Origin: a virus
Taxonomy: Duplodnaviria; Caudoviricetes
IMG/VR virus record: IMGVR_UViG_3300036987_000309
Location: 1-44,620 of that record
Strand: one strand, 5' to 3'
DNA: 44,620 nucleotides
Shown here piece by piece: positions 16,991 to 27,200 of the stretch. Under the pieces are notes generated by a model. It was not told the DNA's origin. It worked only from the letters and a program-made list of their open reading frames with translations, and did no database searches. The first letter of the stretch is position 1. Every line of letters starts with the position of its first letter. The position numbers and the translations under genes are program-made.

Positions 16991-17722
16991 ATGGCAGTTG
17001 CGAAACAGAATTACAAAATTGACGCTAACCAAATACAAGTCATAGACAGGGCAAACAACTATACAGGGACTGATGTTGAAACAATTCTTGCCGAAATTTA
17101 CCTTAAGCTTGGAACGGGAGGCGGAGTCGGAAACATCAAGATGTATTCGTCCGTCGCAAGCGAATATCCTTCTTCTGGAAATACATTTTTCCAAGATGAT
17201 GGTATTTTTGTTGTTCGCTCAATTCCAGAAGAATCAAATGTTGATTATAATGGTAACGGCGGAATAATTTCTTTCACAGGAAATAACTCCGTAAACAAAA
17301 AGACAATAAATTGTTCCATAAAGAATAATTTTTATTATGGTTCTGTAAAATCAAGTGTTATGCTTGGAAACAATACAAACATATTAAGGTTGATTTTGAA
17401 TAAGAGCCAAGGGTCATATTATGAAGCTGAAATTTCAAACGCTGGCATAAAAATGTCCTATTATAATAACAATGTAAGAACAGTCATATATCAAAATTTG
17501 ACGCTGATTCCAACAAATCAATATAGGGAATATCTTTTTTTCAAAACTGGAGAATATCTTTATCTGTATGTCAATGGCAATTTAGCTTTCCCTCCCCAAC
17601 TTCATTCAAGTATAGACAGGGCTGGAGAAATACAGATTTCTTATGAAATAAAAGAGAATACTTCTGGACAGATGGATTGTAAGTATATGGAATTTGGGGT
17701 TATACCACAGCCTTTATTGTGA
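16991..17722 (+). CDS. putative virion structural protein with lectin/ConA-like beta domain
   Basis: GAGGT RBS; GTDVETILAEI motif of fibre-like proteins; beta-rich C-terminus (YLYLYVNG). Confidence 0.55.
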   Translation: MAVAKQNYKIDANQIQVIDRANNYTGTDVETILAEIYLKLGTGGGVGNIKMYSSVASEYPSSGNTFFQDDGIFVVRSIPEESNVDYNGNGGIISFTGNNSVNKKTINCSIKNNFYYGSVKSSVMLGNNTNILRLILNKSQGSYYEAEISNAGIKMSYYNNNVRTVIYQNLTLIPTNQYREYLFFKTGEYLYLYVNGNLAFPPQLHSSIDRAGEIQISYEIKENTSGQMDCKYMEFGVIPQPLL

Positions 17723-17959
17723 TATCTTGTAGTATTTATCCAATATCAAGAAGACTTCATTGAATAATTCTTTATTCTCAGAAAAAACATTCAGGAACTT
17801 TGGAGGAATGGCCTTATATTTAAGTATTGTTATTTTTTCATTATTAGATAATATCTTGGTAATCTGAACAGCTTTTTCAGTTGTCTTTGAAGGCTGTTTT
17901 ATTTCCGTTGACTTCACTTCTTGTTTTTTTAAAAAGTTCAAAAAACTCATTTTATGCAT
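17714..17959 (-). CDS. hypothetical protein
   Basis: 81 aa ORF coupled to upstream gene. Confidence 0.55.
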   Translation of the reverse strand: MHKMSFLNFLKKQEVKSTEIKQPSKTTEKAVQITKILSNNEKITILKYKAIPPKFLNVFSENKELFNEVFLILDKYYKISQ

Positions 17960-18395
17960 TAAATAATAACATTGCCAAAAGAAAGTTTGTTATTAAGTCC
18001 TCTGACATTTTTTGCTTATCGAGGGAAACAACGTCTATTTCTTTTATTTTCAATTCATTTCTCTTAAAAGAAGAAACATCCACTAATATCGGAAATATTT
18101 TTTTGTCATTTATTTTCTGAAAAGATATTTCTATGAGTCTCCTTTTCAATTCATCTTGTGTCAAAGAAAATCCAACCTTCAGCAATTCTTCCTCAACAGA
18201 TTTAAGAATTGGCTTGTCAGTGGTTGATAAGGTCTTAATTGAAGTTCCTTCGTCAGTTAGGAAAACGCTTTCAAGCTCGTTGTAAAGGTTTTTATCATAT
18301 AAAAGGATTGCTATCAAATCCCCATTATTCACTTGTTTTTGTTCCGCCTTTTTCCCTGTTATGAATTCTTTTATCTTGTCTCCTTGAAATATCAT
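17952..18395 (-). CDS. hypothetical protein
   Basis: 147 aa ORF in operon. Confidence 0.65.
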   Translation of the reverse strand: MIFQGDKIKEFITGKKAEQKQVNNGDLIAILLYDKNLYNELESVFLTDEGTSIKTLSTTDKPILKSVEEELLKVGFSLTQDELKRRLIEISFQKINDKKIFPILVDVSSFKRNELKIKEIDVVSLDKQKMSEDLITNFLLAMLLFNA

Positions 18396-18400
18396 CTTAC

Positions 18401-19993
18401 TTAACCTATATATCTTACATAAATTTGTTTTGATGCGAGAGGGTCAACTGCTGCGGAAAATTCGCTTATATCAATGTTAAGAAGCCTGAACTCACCGTCA
18501 ACTCCATTATTCAACTCTATGATTCTTACATCATAAGGGTCGTCTCCTGTCTGATAATGGAAAACAGCAACTCCGTCAATGTAAACTTCAAGCGAGCCTG
18601 ATTTGAAAAAAGAATTTGCAACCTTAAAGTCAATGAAATCAACCTCATATCCTCCAGATAAAACAAGAGGGGAACCAGTTGGAAAAACTATAGGCCAATC
18701 CCATGATGATTCATAAGACGAAGCGTCAATTATTTTTTCGTCTGTCATTCTTTCTTCGCCTTTTATTTCAAGCGTCTGAACTGTCGTGTCTACTACTTTG
18801 AAAAAATCTTTGTAATTATAAATGTTGTTTATTTCTTCAGAGATAAACTCTGAAGATTCAAGAAACAGCACGTCTATCCTTGAATCACTTGTAAAAAAGA
18901 AAGGAACTTCATTCCAGTTTGTTCCATATGTCCAAAACCTTAATTTATATCTTATGAATTTCGCTTGACCGAAATGATTTATTTCACTTGGATATTTCAG
19001 TGAAAATCTGTTATTCAAAGAATCATATTCTTTTACCATGCCAATCATTTCATCTGACAAATCACTTGTTCCATCATATGCGACAGCAATTGTTCCAAGA
19101 TAATTCTGATATAAACTTGAAAAAGGATAGTTTCCAGCGATAGCCAGATACATATTGTTTGGCACAGCTTCGCTATCCCTTGTTGCTGAAACACTGCAAG
19201 TCTGATTTGATAATGTTATTGGAAGGACTTCTTCCACATATAATTCGCCAAAAACTTCCTTGTTTTGTCCGTTGTTAAAAGGGAGTCTTGTTTCTGAGTT
19301 TCTAACCCAAACCTTATAATTTTGGAAAGATGTCTGTTTGTAGTATAGCGAAATATTTTCCATGCTATATAAGGTTGTGAATTTCATAGAGAACATTCCT
19401 GTATCATAATCAATGAAGTTTGTTCCAACTTCCTGAGCTATGGCTCCAAGAATATTCCCATTTCCATCATCAAAAGCGATAAGGGTTAATCCATTATAAA
19501 CCTTGAATGACTTTGGTATGACAGGAAATTTTTGTGTCTGTCCATTGAGATAATATCCAGTTAAGTTTCCTGGCTCTGGTCCCACTTGAAGCCCAGAAAA
19601 AAGAGTTTCTCCTCTTATTTTTTTTCTCCAGTTAGGATTTGTGATATCCCATCTCATCGATTGTCCACTGAGAAGAATTCCGTCTTTTGTGTTATTTATT
19701 GTTGCATGGGCAACAAATGAGTTTTCAAAAACCTGGCTTGTTATGTCAATCTCAGAATTCCCTGCTTCAACCTCGATTCCCTTTTTAAAATTAAAAGAAC
19801 CGCTTTCATATCCGCTAATCATCTCTGTTCCGCTGTCAAACAAATCTTCTGTACTATAAGACTTGTCTGGGATTGTCCTTGCCATTCCAACGAACTTTGA
19901 TTCCAAGACCTTGTTTATGGCATCTCCACTTAAATGATTTCTTCTTATTGCCAAATCAGAAACGTTTTTGGCTCTTATCTGAGATTTTTTCAT
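18401..19993 (-). CDS. virion structural protein (baseplate/tail-associated)
   Basis: DDGNGNI...IDYDTG motif and SGSLEVYIDGV, seen in baseplate-type proteins. Confidence 0.6.
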   Translation of the reverse strand: MKKSQIRAKNVSDLAIRRNHLSGDAINKVLESKFVGMARTIPDKSYSTEDLFDSGTEMISGYESGSFNFKKGIEVEAGNSEIDITSQVFENSFVAHATINNTKDGILLSGQSMRWDITNPNWRKKIRGETLFSGLQVGPEPGNLTGYYLNGQTQKFPVIPKSFKVYNGLTLIAFDDGNGNILGAIAQEVGTNFIDYDTGMFSMKFTTLYSMENISLYYKQTSFQNYKVWVRNSETRLPFNNGQNKEVFGELYVEEVLPITLSNQTCSVSATRDSEAVPNNMYLAIAGNYPFSSLYQNYLGTIAVAYDGTSDLSDEMIGMVKEYDSLNNRFSLKYPSEINHFGQAKFIRYKLRFWTYGTNWNEVPFFFTSDSRIDVLFLESSEFISEEINNIYNYKDFFKVVDTTVQTLEIKGEERMTDEKIIDASSYESSWDWPIVFPTGSPLVLSGGYEVDFIDFKVANSFFKSGSLEVYIDGVAVFHYQTGDDPYDVRIIELNNGVDGEFRLLNIDISEFSAAVDPLASKQIYVRYIG

Positions 19994-20001
19994 AGTTCCT
20001 C

Positions 20002-20664
20002 TTATTCCTTATAATTTTGATATTTAAAGAGAATGACTTCGCCAGATTCGTCTGGAACTCCACTTGTCAAAAATTCATATGTGAAATCATATTCTCCGGT
20101 ATCATAATCTATTGTTCCAACAAAAGAATCGTCGCTGATAAGGATTAAGTCTCCATTGGAATCGTCTTTCACCAAATCTGTTCCAAAGAAAGAAATCCTT
20201 ACGCTTGCCCTTAATATTTTTCTTCCAGCAACTTGACCTATATAATTTCCAGAAACTTCAAAGTCAATTAATTCTTCTATTACATTAAGTTCATTCAATA
20301 CCCTATATACAAAATAAAAATCATCATCCGCTTCAGGTACAATATCATTTATGGAAATTTCAAATCCAGTGTTATCATTTATGAGGGTTATGTTCATGGG
20401 AGAATATTTGTTTCCATTCATCCAGACTTCTATGCTTCCTGGATTTGCTTTCTCGTTCTGAGGAAAAGAGAATTGTCTTCTCATTCCATCTGGTTCTTCC
20501 CCAGATATAGGATATTTTGGTGTCATAGACTGAATCTGTGAGTTTATTATTATGTCATTTTCAACAAGGTTCTTAAGAGGACGATTATCAATTTCGTATG
20601 TGTATGGGTCTTCTCTTTTATATGCCTCTATTCCATTCCCTTCCCCTTCCCCATATGTTTTCAT
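20002..20664 (-). CDS. virion structural protein (start revised to 20664)
   Basis: GAGGT RBS before MKTYGE; NRPLKNLVEND motif shared with fibre paralogs; DDSNGDL..GTIDYDTG. Confidence 0.65.
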   Translation of the reverse strand: MKTYGEGEGNGIEAYKREDPYTYEIDNRPLKNLVENDIIINSQIQSMTPKYPISGEEPDGMRRQFSFPQNEKANPGSIEVWMNGNKYSPMNITLINDNTGFEISINDIVPEADDDFYFVYRVLNELNVIEELIDFEVSGNYIGQVAGRKILRASVRISFFGTDLVKDDSNGDLILISDDSFVGTIDYDTGEYDFTYEFLTSGVPDESGEVILFKYQNYKE

Positions 20665-20692
20665 TATTAATACCTCTTGAGTGAGTTTAAAT

Positions 20693-20726
20693 TTAACTTT
20701 TACTTTCATTATCTTTTTAAAGTTAA
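20693..20726. promoter_or_regulatory. divergent pair of AAAGTTAA motifs
   Basis: Exact motif on - (20693-20700) and on + (20719-20726), each about 28 nt from its start codon. Confidence 0.72.
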
Positions 20727-20753
20727 TTATTATGAAAATAAGAGGCTAAAATA

Positions 20754-21701
20754 ATGGAAACTTTCAAGGTTTTTAAGGATTTGTTCTCAAAGCTTGACTC
20801 TACCAAACACAAGGATTTGGCAGAGGATTATGGGATAAATATAACCATAAGGGAACACATGGATTCCATAATGAAGTATATAAGTGATTCAAGTTCTTTG
20901 CTTATGAGAAGGTTTGATTATGCCCAGAATGATATAGGAACTGTCATTGATAAAAACAAGGAAATAATTGATTTGGCTATAATACTCCACGACATAAACC
21001 AGCTTGAAGGGATGGATAAGGATTTTTTCGTTGATAACAGGGAAGAAAAAGAGATAAAAATAAAAGATGTCATAAAGAAATATCTTGAAGATGAATTTGA
21101 GACATTAAACCCCCTTGCTATGAAAATAGTATTCAACAAGGAATTGGATATAAATGATGAGGAAAAAGTGATTGAGCTTGCCACTAATTCAGATGACAAA
21201 TTCATATGGACGTTTTCAATGTTCCTCATCGCCCACGCATACGGAGTTGCCTCAACAATAAAACAATTCAATGATGTCGGAATAAACTTGAACAACAAGG
21301 AAAAATTCCACTCACCTAATTTCACCCTCATAGACTTATTCGTAAAGAAAAGGTTTGAGAAATATTTCCAGACACTTGAAACTATATTCGGAAACAAGGC
21401 AAAGACAGACGGCAAGGAATTTACTGACAAGATAATCCTTGTCAATAAGGTATTTGAGAAGGAAATAAACAAGATGGACGAAGAGATGGGAATGTCAGAT
21501 ATAGGAGGCGGAGACGCAGCTACAAGACTTGAGTGGGGAACTTCTGGCAACTCTGTCAGTGCCTTATCTTCAAATCTACTTGGTCAGCCAATCAGAAGGG
21601 CTTTCCCTTGGAAGATTCAAGGTGGAAAAATGAAGAAGATGAAAAGGAAAGGGAAAAGGATAATCAATCCAACTAATTTCAATGTGAGCATAGGTTTTTA
21701 A
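20754..21701 (+). CDS. hypothetical protein, possible degenerate HD-domain
   Basis: GAGG RBS; IREH...AIILHDI; Gly-rich then basic C-terminus. Confidence 0.55.
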   Translation: METFKVFKDLFSKLDSTKHKDLAEDYGINITIREHMDSIMKYISDSSSLLMRRFDYAQNDIGTVIDKNKEIIDLAIILHDINQLEGMDKDFFVDNREEKEIKIKDVIKKYLEDEFETLNPLAMKIVFNKELDINDEEKVIELATNSDDKFIWTFSMFLIAHAYGVASTIKQFNDVGINLNNKEKFHSPNFTLIDLFVKKRFEKYFQTLETIFGNKAKTDGKEFTDKIILVNKVFEKEINKMDEEMGMSDIGGGDAATRLEWGTSGNSVSALSSNLLGQPIRRAFPWKIQGGKMKKMKRKGKRIINPTNFNVSIGF

Positions 21702-22100
21702 ATGAACTTAAAAGAAGAAATGGGTGAAGCTTTGATTCAAGCATCAGTTTTGGGACACGAAGATGTTGTCGAATTCCTATTAAAGAAAGGGGCTGATATA
21801 AATGCTACCAATGAAAGGGGAGATACAGCCTTAATCATGGCTTCTTATAATGGGAAAAAAGAAGTTGTTGAAGTGTTATTGAAACACAAATCAATTCCAA
21901 GGCTATATATAAATGCCAAAGACAAAGGCGGGACAACTGCATTGATGTGGGCTTCCGCTTTTGGATATGACGAGATAATTAATTTGCTTTTAGATTATGG
22001 GGCTGATATAAACCAAATTGATAACAGAGGGAGAACAGCCTTGGATTGGTCAGATACATTGAGGATAGATAGACTTCTTAAAAGTCATGGAGCTACCTGA
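21702..22100 (+). CDS. ankyrin-repeat protein
   Basis: Three to four canonical repeats: GDTALIMASYNG, GTTALMWASAFG, GRTALDW, GADIN. Confidence 0.92.
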   Translation: MNLKEEMGEALIQASVLGHEDVVEFLLKKGADINATNERGDTALIMASYNGKKEVVEVLLKHKSIPRLYINAKDKGGTTALMWASAFGYDEIINLLLDYGADINQIDNRGRTALDWSDTLRIDRLLKSHGAT

Positions 22101-22114
22101 AACACATGAGCAAT

Positions 22115-22146
22115 AAAAACCCCGCCTTTTTAGGGGCGAGGTTTTT
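22115..22146. terminator. bidirectional Rho-independent terminator
   Basis: AAAAACCCCGCC-loop-GGCGAGGTTTTT between convergent genes. Confidence 0.75.
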
Positions 22147-22174
22147 CATTTATAAAATCTTTTATCTCTGTTTC

Positions 22175-22606
22175 TTATTGCCAGTTAGTCGTATAAACTT
22201 CCTTTATGAATGTTACACGAACATTTGTTAATTTTGTATATTTTACCAAATCCCAAACATAGAAGACAACGTTGTTTTGATTTCCAACAACTTCTAGTTC
22301 GGAGCTAAAGTAATTTGTTGTAAAACAAATGTTTGTCCCCAAAGCACAAGCAGAAAATCTTTGGAAGTTTGTTAAAGAAGTATAAAGTGTCCATTTTTTT
22401 GTTCCACTTACATTCCATCCATCAGCTCCAGTGTAACTTGGATATTTCTTAAAAAGGTTAGTGGTACAAAGAACCTCTGTGAATACATTTGTAGTTACAA
22501 CAGCCTTGGCGACAGGAACCATTGGGTCTAATGGATTTGAAACCTTCGAGCAGCTTGCCATAACAACTAAGAAAGCCATAACGATTAAGACGATGATGTT
22601 TTTCAT
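22175..22606 (-). CDS. lipoprotein
   Basis: Signal MKNIIVLIVMAFLVVMAS-C (lipobox-like); AGGAG RBS; repeated TN dipeptides. Confidence 0.75.
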   Translation of the reverse strand: MKNIIVLIVMAFLVVMASCSKVSNPLDPMVPVAKAVVTTNVFTEVLCTTNLFKKYPSYTGADGWNVSGTKKWTLYTSLTNFQRFSACALGTNICFTTNYFSSELEVVGNQNNVVFYVWDLVKYTKLTNVRVTFIKEVYTTNWQ

Positions 22607-22633
22607 AAAATTCTCCTTTTATTTTTTTTAATA

Positions 22634-22912
22634 TTAAGACCGACTTTTATTTTGCCCCAACACCTCCTTCAAGACTTCTGAACCGAGTTTTTCTTCTATG
22701 AATTTTTCTACGGAAAGCCCTTCTTTGTTGTTGTCTTTGTAGGTTATGCAGTGGCAATAGTTCTTAGTGTCAAAACTGATTGTCACAAATTTGTTCCCAT
22801 CTTCTTCATATATTTCAATCTCAACTTCATAAGACTCATTCAATTTTGATAGGTCTTCCTTTGACATCTGAAGCTTTCGGACATCGACATTAAGTTTGAT
22901 TTTCTTGTTCAT
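22634..22912 (-). CDS. hypothetical protein (start revised to 22912)
   Basis: AAGGAGG RBS before MNKKIK. Confidence 0.7.
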   Translation of the reverse strand: MNKKIKLNVDVRKLQMSKEDLSKLNESYEVEIEIYEEDGNKFVTISFDTKNYCHCITYKDNNKEGLSVEKFIEEKLGSEVLKEVLGQNKSRS

Positions 22913-22946
22913 GATGTCCTCCTTCATTCTCTATCCTTATATATAT

Positions 22947-22975
22947 AATATAAGCATTATATGCTAGAAAGTCAA
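22947..22975 (-). promoter_or_regulatory. sigma70-type (early) promoter
   Basis: TTGACT-17 nt-TATATT, with A/T-tract upstream region. Confidence 0.7.
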
Positions 22976-23032
22976 GTTTTTATCGACATTTTTATTTTTT
23001 TTGCTGAAGGATAAATGTAAGTATAAGTTAAT

Positions 23033-23467
23033 TTACTCTATTTCAGAGTCGTTTGAAACGCTTATATCAGAAGAAATTCCATTTTTTTCTATTTCAAAAT
23101 CATCTATTGAGTTCAATGTCCTTAATTTACCTGGAAATTTTCTTATCAAATTATAAACGGTCAAGGAAAAACTCTTTCTGTTTGTATCAAAAACACCCAT
23201 TTTAGTTTTTAATGTTTGGGCGTAGTTTCTGAAAAACTCGTCATACGCTGAAGTTTCAAGCCAAGACTTCCATTCGCCTTCCTGTAAATTTGATTCTATT
23301 GTTTTTCTTTTTAGTTCAAGGGTTCTTGGAACGTTGACGTAAAAACTTTTACTGGAATTATCCCCAATAACAAACCATAGCTTTCTTTCTGAATAATCCA
23401 ATTTCACATCAAATCCAATATCAATTCCTTCATCAAGGATATTATCCGTCAATTGCCTTAAATTCAT
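23033..23467 (-). CDS. hypothetical protein
   Basis: 144 aa; N-terminal MNLRQLTDNILDE; GGAGG RBS. Confidence 0.7.
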   Translation of the reverse strand: MNLRQLTDNILDEGIDIGFDVKLDYSERKLWFVIGDNSSKSFYVNVPRTLELKRKTIESNLQEGEWKSWLETSAYDEFFRNYAQTLKTKMGVFDTNRKSFSLTVYNLIRKFPGKLRTLNSIDDFEIEKNGISSDISVSNDSEIE

Positions 23468-23835
23468 TTTATCCCTCCAAACTTATATCTTCTTATTGAT
23501 TTCTTTAATTCTGGGAACTTGAAAACAAGTTCCTTATATCTGTTTATTTTTATGTCTTTTTCTTCTGGGTAAAACCCTTTGTTTTTTGCCGACATCAATA
23601 TTCCTTTTTTTTTCTTGAGACCCATTATTTTACTGTCTGTCTTCTGTATTTTTTTAACAAGCTTCTTATTTGAAACCACATTAAGGTCAAAAGCAAGAAT
23701 GGAATCTCCCTTGTAATTAGGGTCAAGAATTATTATGTTCTTGTAATCTCCGTTAAGTTTGTATTTTGGGTTAACGGACTTATAATGGAACTCATCCCTT
23801 TCCATGGCTTCATTCAAGAAATCGCTTAATTTCAT
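23464..23835 (-). CDS. hypothetical protein, weakly resembling gp2-type DNA end protectors
   Basis: FHY...IIILD...AFDL...IRRYK pattern; N-terminal MKLSDFLNE. Confidence 0.45.
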   Translation of the reverse strand: MKLSDFLNEAMERDEFHYKSVNPKYKLNGDYKNIIILDPNYKGDSILAFDLNVVSNKKLVKKIQKTDSKIMGLKKKKGILMSAKNKGFYPEEKDIKINRYKELVFKFPELKKSIRRYKFGGIK

Positions 23836-24005
23836 TTTATTTCCTTGGAATCAATCCTTTTAAATTCTGTTTGAACTCCCCATCCAGTAACATATATTCC
23901 ATTAGCTGTCTTTGCATATCCAATGGCTTTCTTAGGGTCATGTTCCTTTGCGTCAGACTCATTTTTATAAAAATAAGTCTCAGAAATTTCCTTTATCGTG
24001 AGCAT
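23832..24005 (-). CDS. hypothetical protein (57 aa)
   Basis: Manual translation MLTIKEISETYFYKNESDAK...; fills the gap with ATGA coupling to the next gene. Confidence 0.65.
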   Translation of the reverse strand: MLTIKEISETYFYKNESDAKEHDPKKAIGYAKTANGIYVTGWGVQTEFKRIDSKEIK

Positions 24006-24006
24006 A

Positions 24007-24201
24007 TTACGATTCCTTTATGAGGTCATCTATTATTCCGTATAACAGGACAATGTGCTTTGATAGCACTTCAATCTTATCCCCTTGTTTCTTTGCTGCG
24101 TTCAATTCATTTATCAAATCCACTCTTTTTGAAGAAAGGGTGTTTGAAGAATTGTCTTTCTTGTTTTTCAATATAATCGCCATTTTTTCTTTTATATTCA
24201 T
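24007..24201 (-). CDS. hypothetical protein
   Basis: 64 aa ORF with GGAG RBS. Confidence 0.6.
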   Translation of the reverse strand: MNIKEKMAIILKNKKDNSSNTLSSKRVDLINELNAAKKQGDKIEVLSKHIVLLYGIIDDLIKES

Positions 24202-24204
24202 TTT

Positions 24205-27200
24205 TTACTCCATAAAATACAATCCGAAATCAGAGATGTAAACATCAGCATTCTTGTCGAAATAACCAGATTCATCGTTTGGCTGTTTGACCTTTATCCT
24301 TAACTTTCCAATCGTCGGCTTTATATACCAATAAATTTTGAGGTCGATGGCATCATCAAGACATCCATTTTTGAATTTAATCGTTGTTGTTGGGTCTGTT
24401 ATAGGCTCTAAGGAATGGTCTATATCTTGTGGCGTTATGTCGTAGTCAAAGAACCTTATCAATTCAGTTCTGTTGTTTTCATCATATGAATGAGTCACTT
24501 GAAGGTGTTTTCCAGGGGGGTGAACCGCTGTTATTTTCTGTATTCCGTTTGTGGCATAATTTATCCTATATGTGTTTCCATCAAGCCATTCCCCATCAAG
24601 CTGATTAACTTCAAACCCAGATTCAATTCCAGATTCATTTATTCCATAATCCATTATATCTTGTTCTTTCACAAGGAAATTTTCAACGTGGTCTTCAAGA
24701 GCAATCCAGTTATTTCCATTGTCCGTTGAAAATTGAATTTCCTTTATGTTCTTTTCAAGAACCTTAATGAAAGCAAATCCGTCAAATCTAACGGGGTTTC
24801 CACCAGTCGTGAACTTCAATTTGATTGTATATTGCTTTGACTTATCGAGTTCATATGGAATCCATACAAGTCTTTTTTTTGAATCAGAACCTTCAACAAG
24901 ATTCACTTCTTGATGGTATTCAGCCAATTCTTCTATGTTATTTAACAGAACCTCAACCTTTTTCCAAGTTCCATAATCCACTCCACTTATTCCAGGAGGA
25001 GGAGCATCATGCCCTGAAAGATATCCATCAGGATACCCACTTTCATCATAAATGCCAGATTCGTATTCCCATTCTTCTGAAACAATATCAAAGCCAGATT
25101 CTATGTTTTCAGCGACATAAATATCAAATTTGTTCTGATAAACAGAATCAATGAAAGGAGTTACAACTCCGACATAAGACTGGTTTGAAAAAGAATATTT
25201 CAAATAACCATTATTTGGCTTAGAATGATAGTCTCCGCCAAGAAATCCGCTTTCATATCCTTGTGACCAAGAAAAAATATCAACTGAATATTCTATGTTT
25301 GGGTTATCATCATTAACCATTGTCGTCAAATATCCTTCTTCTGAATTTTCTGACATTGCCACATAAGTTTTTTTTGTTTTTGGATTTATTGATATGTCTT
25401 TTTTTTCGTACCACGAATAACTTGGATAATCCTTGTATTTATAGAATCCAGCTCCAGAAACAGATGCGGAAGAAAATACGAAGTTTTTCGTTAAGACCGA
25501 ATTTGAAAATCCATTTGAAGACATACTTATTGCTTTTGTCATCAGAGAGTCAAATCTGTTTTCTTTCAAAGAAATGAGGTATAACCCCCCAGAGCTTGGA
25601 CTGGAGTCGGTAGAAACGAATTCTGCAAGCATAAAATCGTCTTTTATGTAAATATTTTTATAGTGATACCCAGAAATAGTTCCGTCATATATGAAAGAAA
25701 AAGTCATTTCATTTGAATTAAGCTTTATGATTATGTTCCTTCCAGCGGTATTATTAACTGAAATATATGTGAACGTGTTCTTGATTTTTCCATAATAATC
25801 ATATTCATTTGAGAAATCAAACGCTATCATCAGTGAGCTTGCCAATACAGATGAACTTGGAAGCTCTTTTATTTTTATCTTTTTTTTATAGTTTGACAAA
25901 GTGTCGTTTGAATTTATAAGGGAAATATCTTCTATTATGGTAAACTTCTTGTTGTCAAGAACATATAAATTCTTGTTATCATTTATTTTAACCTTTTTTA
26001 AAGCAGCTGTCCAATCGCTTCCTGTGCTTCCATCTATGCAAAAAACCTTGTTGTCTGTCAAGTTAAATATATTTAAATAAGAATTAAACTCATAATCAGT
26101 TCTAACGGTGCAACAATATGTTTTTCCATCTATTTCACTAACGCACAAATCCTCTACTGCAAACAATTTCAAAATCACATTTTGTAATTGAAAAAGGTCT
26201 GAAAATCCTTTAGATAAATTTCTTTCTCTGAGACAATCAGAAGAATTATATTGTCTGATTGTGGCAGAATCAACCGTTCCGCTTATTTTTGAAATTGAAT
26301 TATCTTTAAAATTTATAACAAGAAGACAATGTTCTGTTGTTATGACATCTAACGTCGCTATATTAAGTCTTGGAATTCCATAAGATACATAGAGGATGTC
26401 TTTGTGGAATTTGAACATATACTCATAGTTGTTTGAGACTATTGATGGAAGTGCGTTTGTTGTAGTTCCAATAAAATCCATAAACAGAAAAATGTTTTGC
26501 TCATCTGTCATATCAAAAATTTGAATCTTATTTTTGCTTCCTATAGCAACAAACTTCTTAGGAAGAATATAGGTTTTGTTAGCGTATTGTTCCTCAGGAT
26601 AAAACCTTTCTCCATATTCAATATAAGATGAGTTTGAAACAAGGTTAGTAAAAGAACTTGACGGAAATACAATTTCCTCCTTGTTTTTTAAAAGACCGCC
26701 TTTTATCTCATTCTTGTTTTCTAAATCCCTATATCTATAAACGTTTAACCCTGGGTTTGTTGTCTTTATTTCGGAAAGGTCTTCTGTTCCAAAAAATGGG
26801 TGTCCAGATTCAATGTCATTTGAAGGACTTTTTAAGAAAGTTTCAGTATATATATCAGCATTTATAGTGAGGTTTGCACTTATATAATCCAATTCAACTT
26901 GTTGGTTTATGTCAATTAAGTCGTTCTGAGCAATCAATGAATTTGCTCTGTCAAGATTTCTCTTGTAATCTGGAGCCTTAAGCCTTGTTTCAAGCAAGAT
27001 GTTCTCGTTTTTAGCAAGGTTTGATTCCAAATCATTTATTCTTTCTTCAAAGCTATATCCAGATTCCAAATCTTGTATTGGAAATCCAGATTCAAACTGA
27101 CCGGATTCATATAAATCCCTTGCTATCTGATTTATCTTGTTTCTTGTTATTTGATTCTCATTGTTTTCAAGATAATCAAGCCTTTCCAGGTGGGAAGTAT

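Noticed and set aside
16910-17194. 94-aa - strand ORF
   Set aside because: Antisense to 16991..17722 and spans the divergent promoter region
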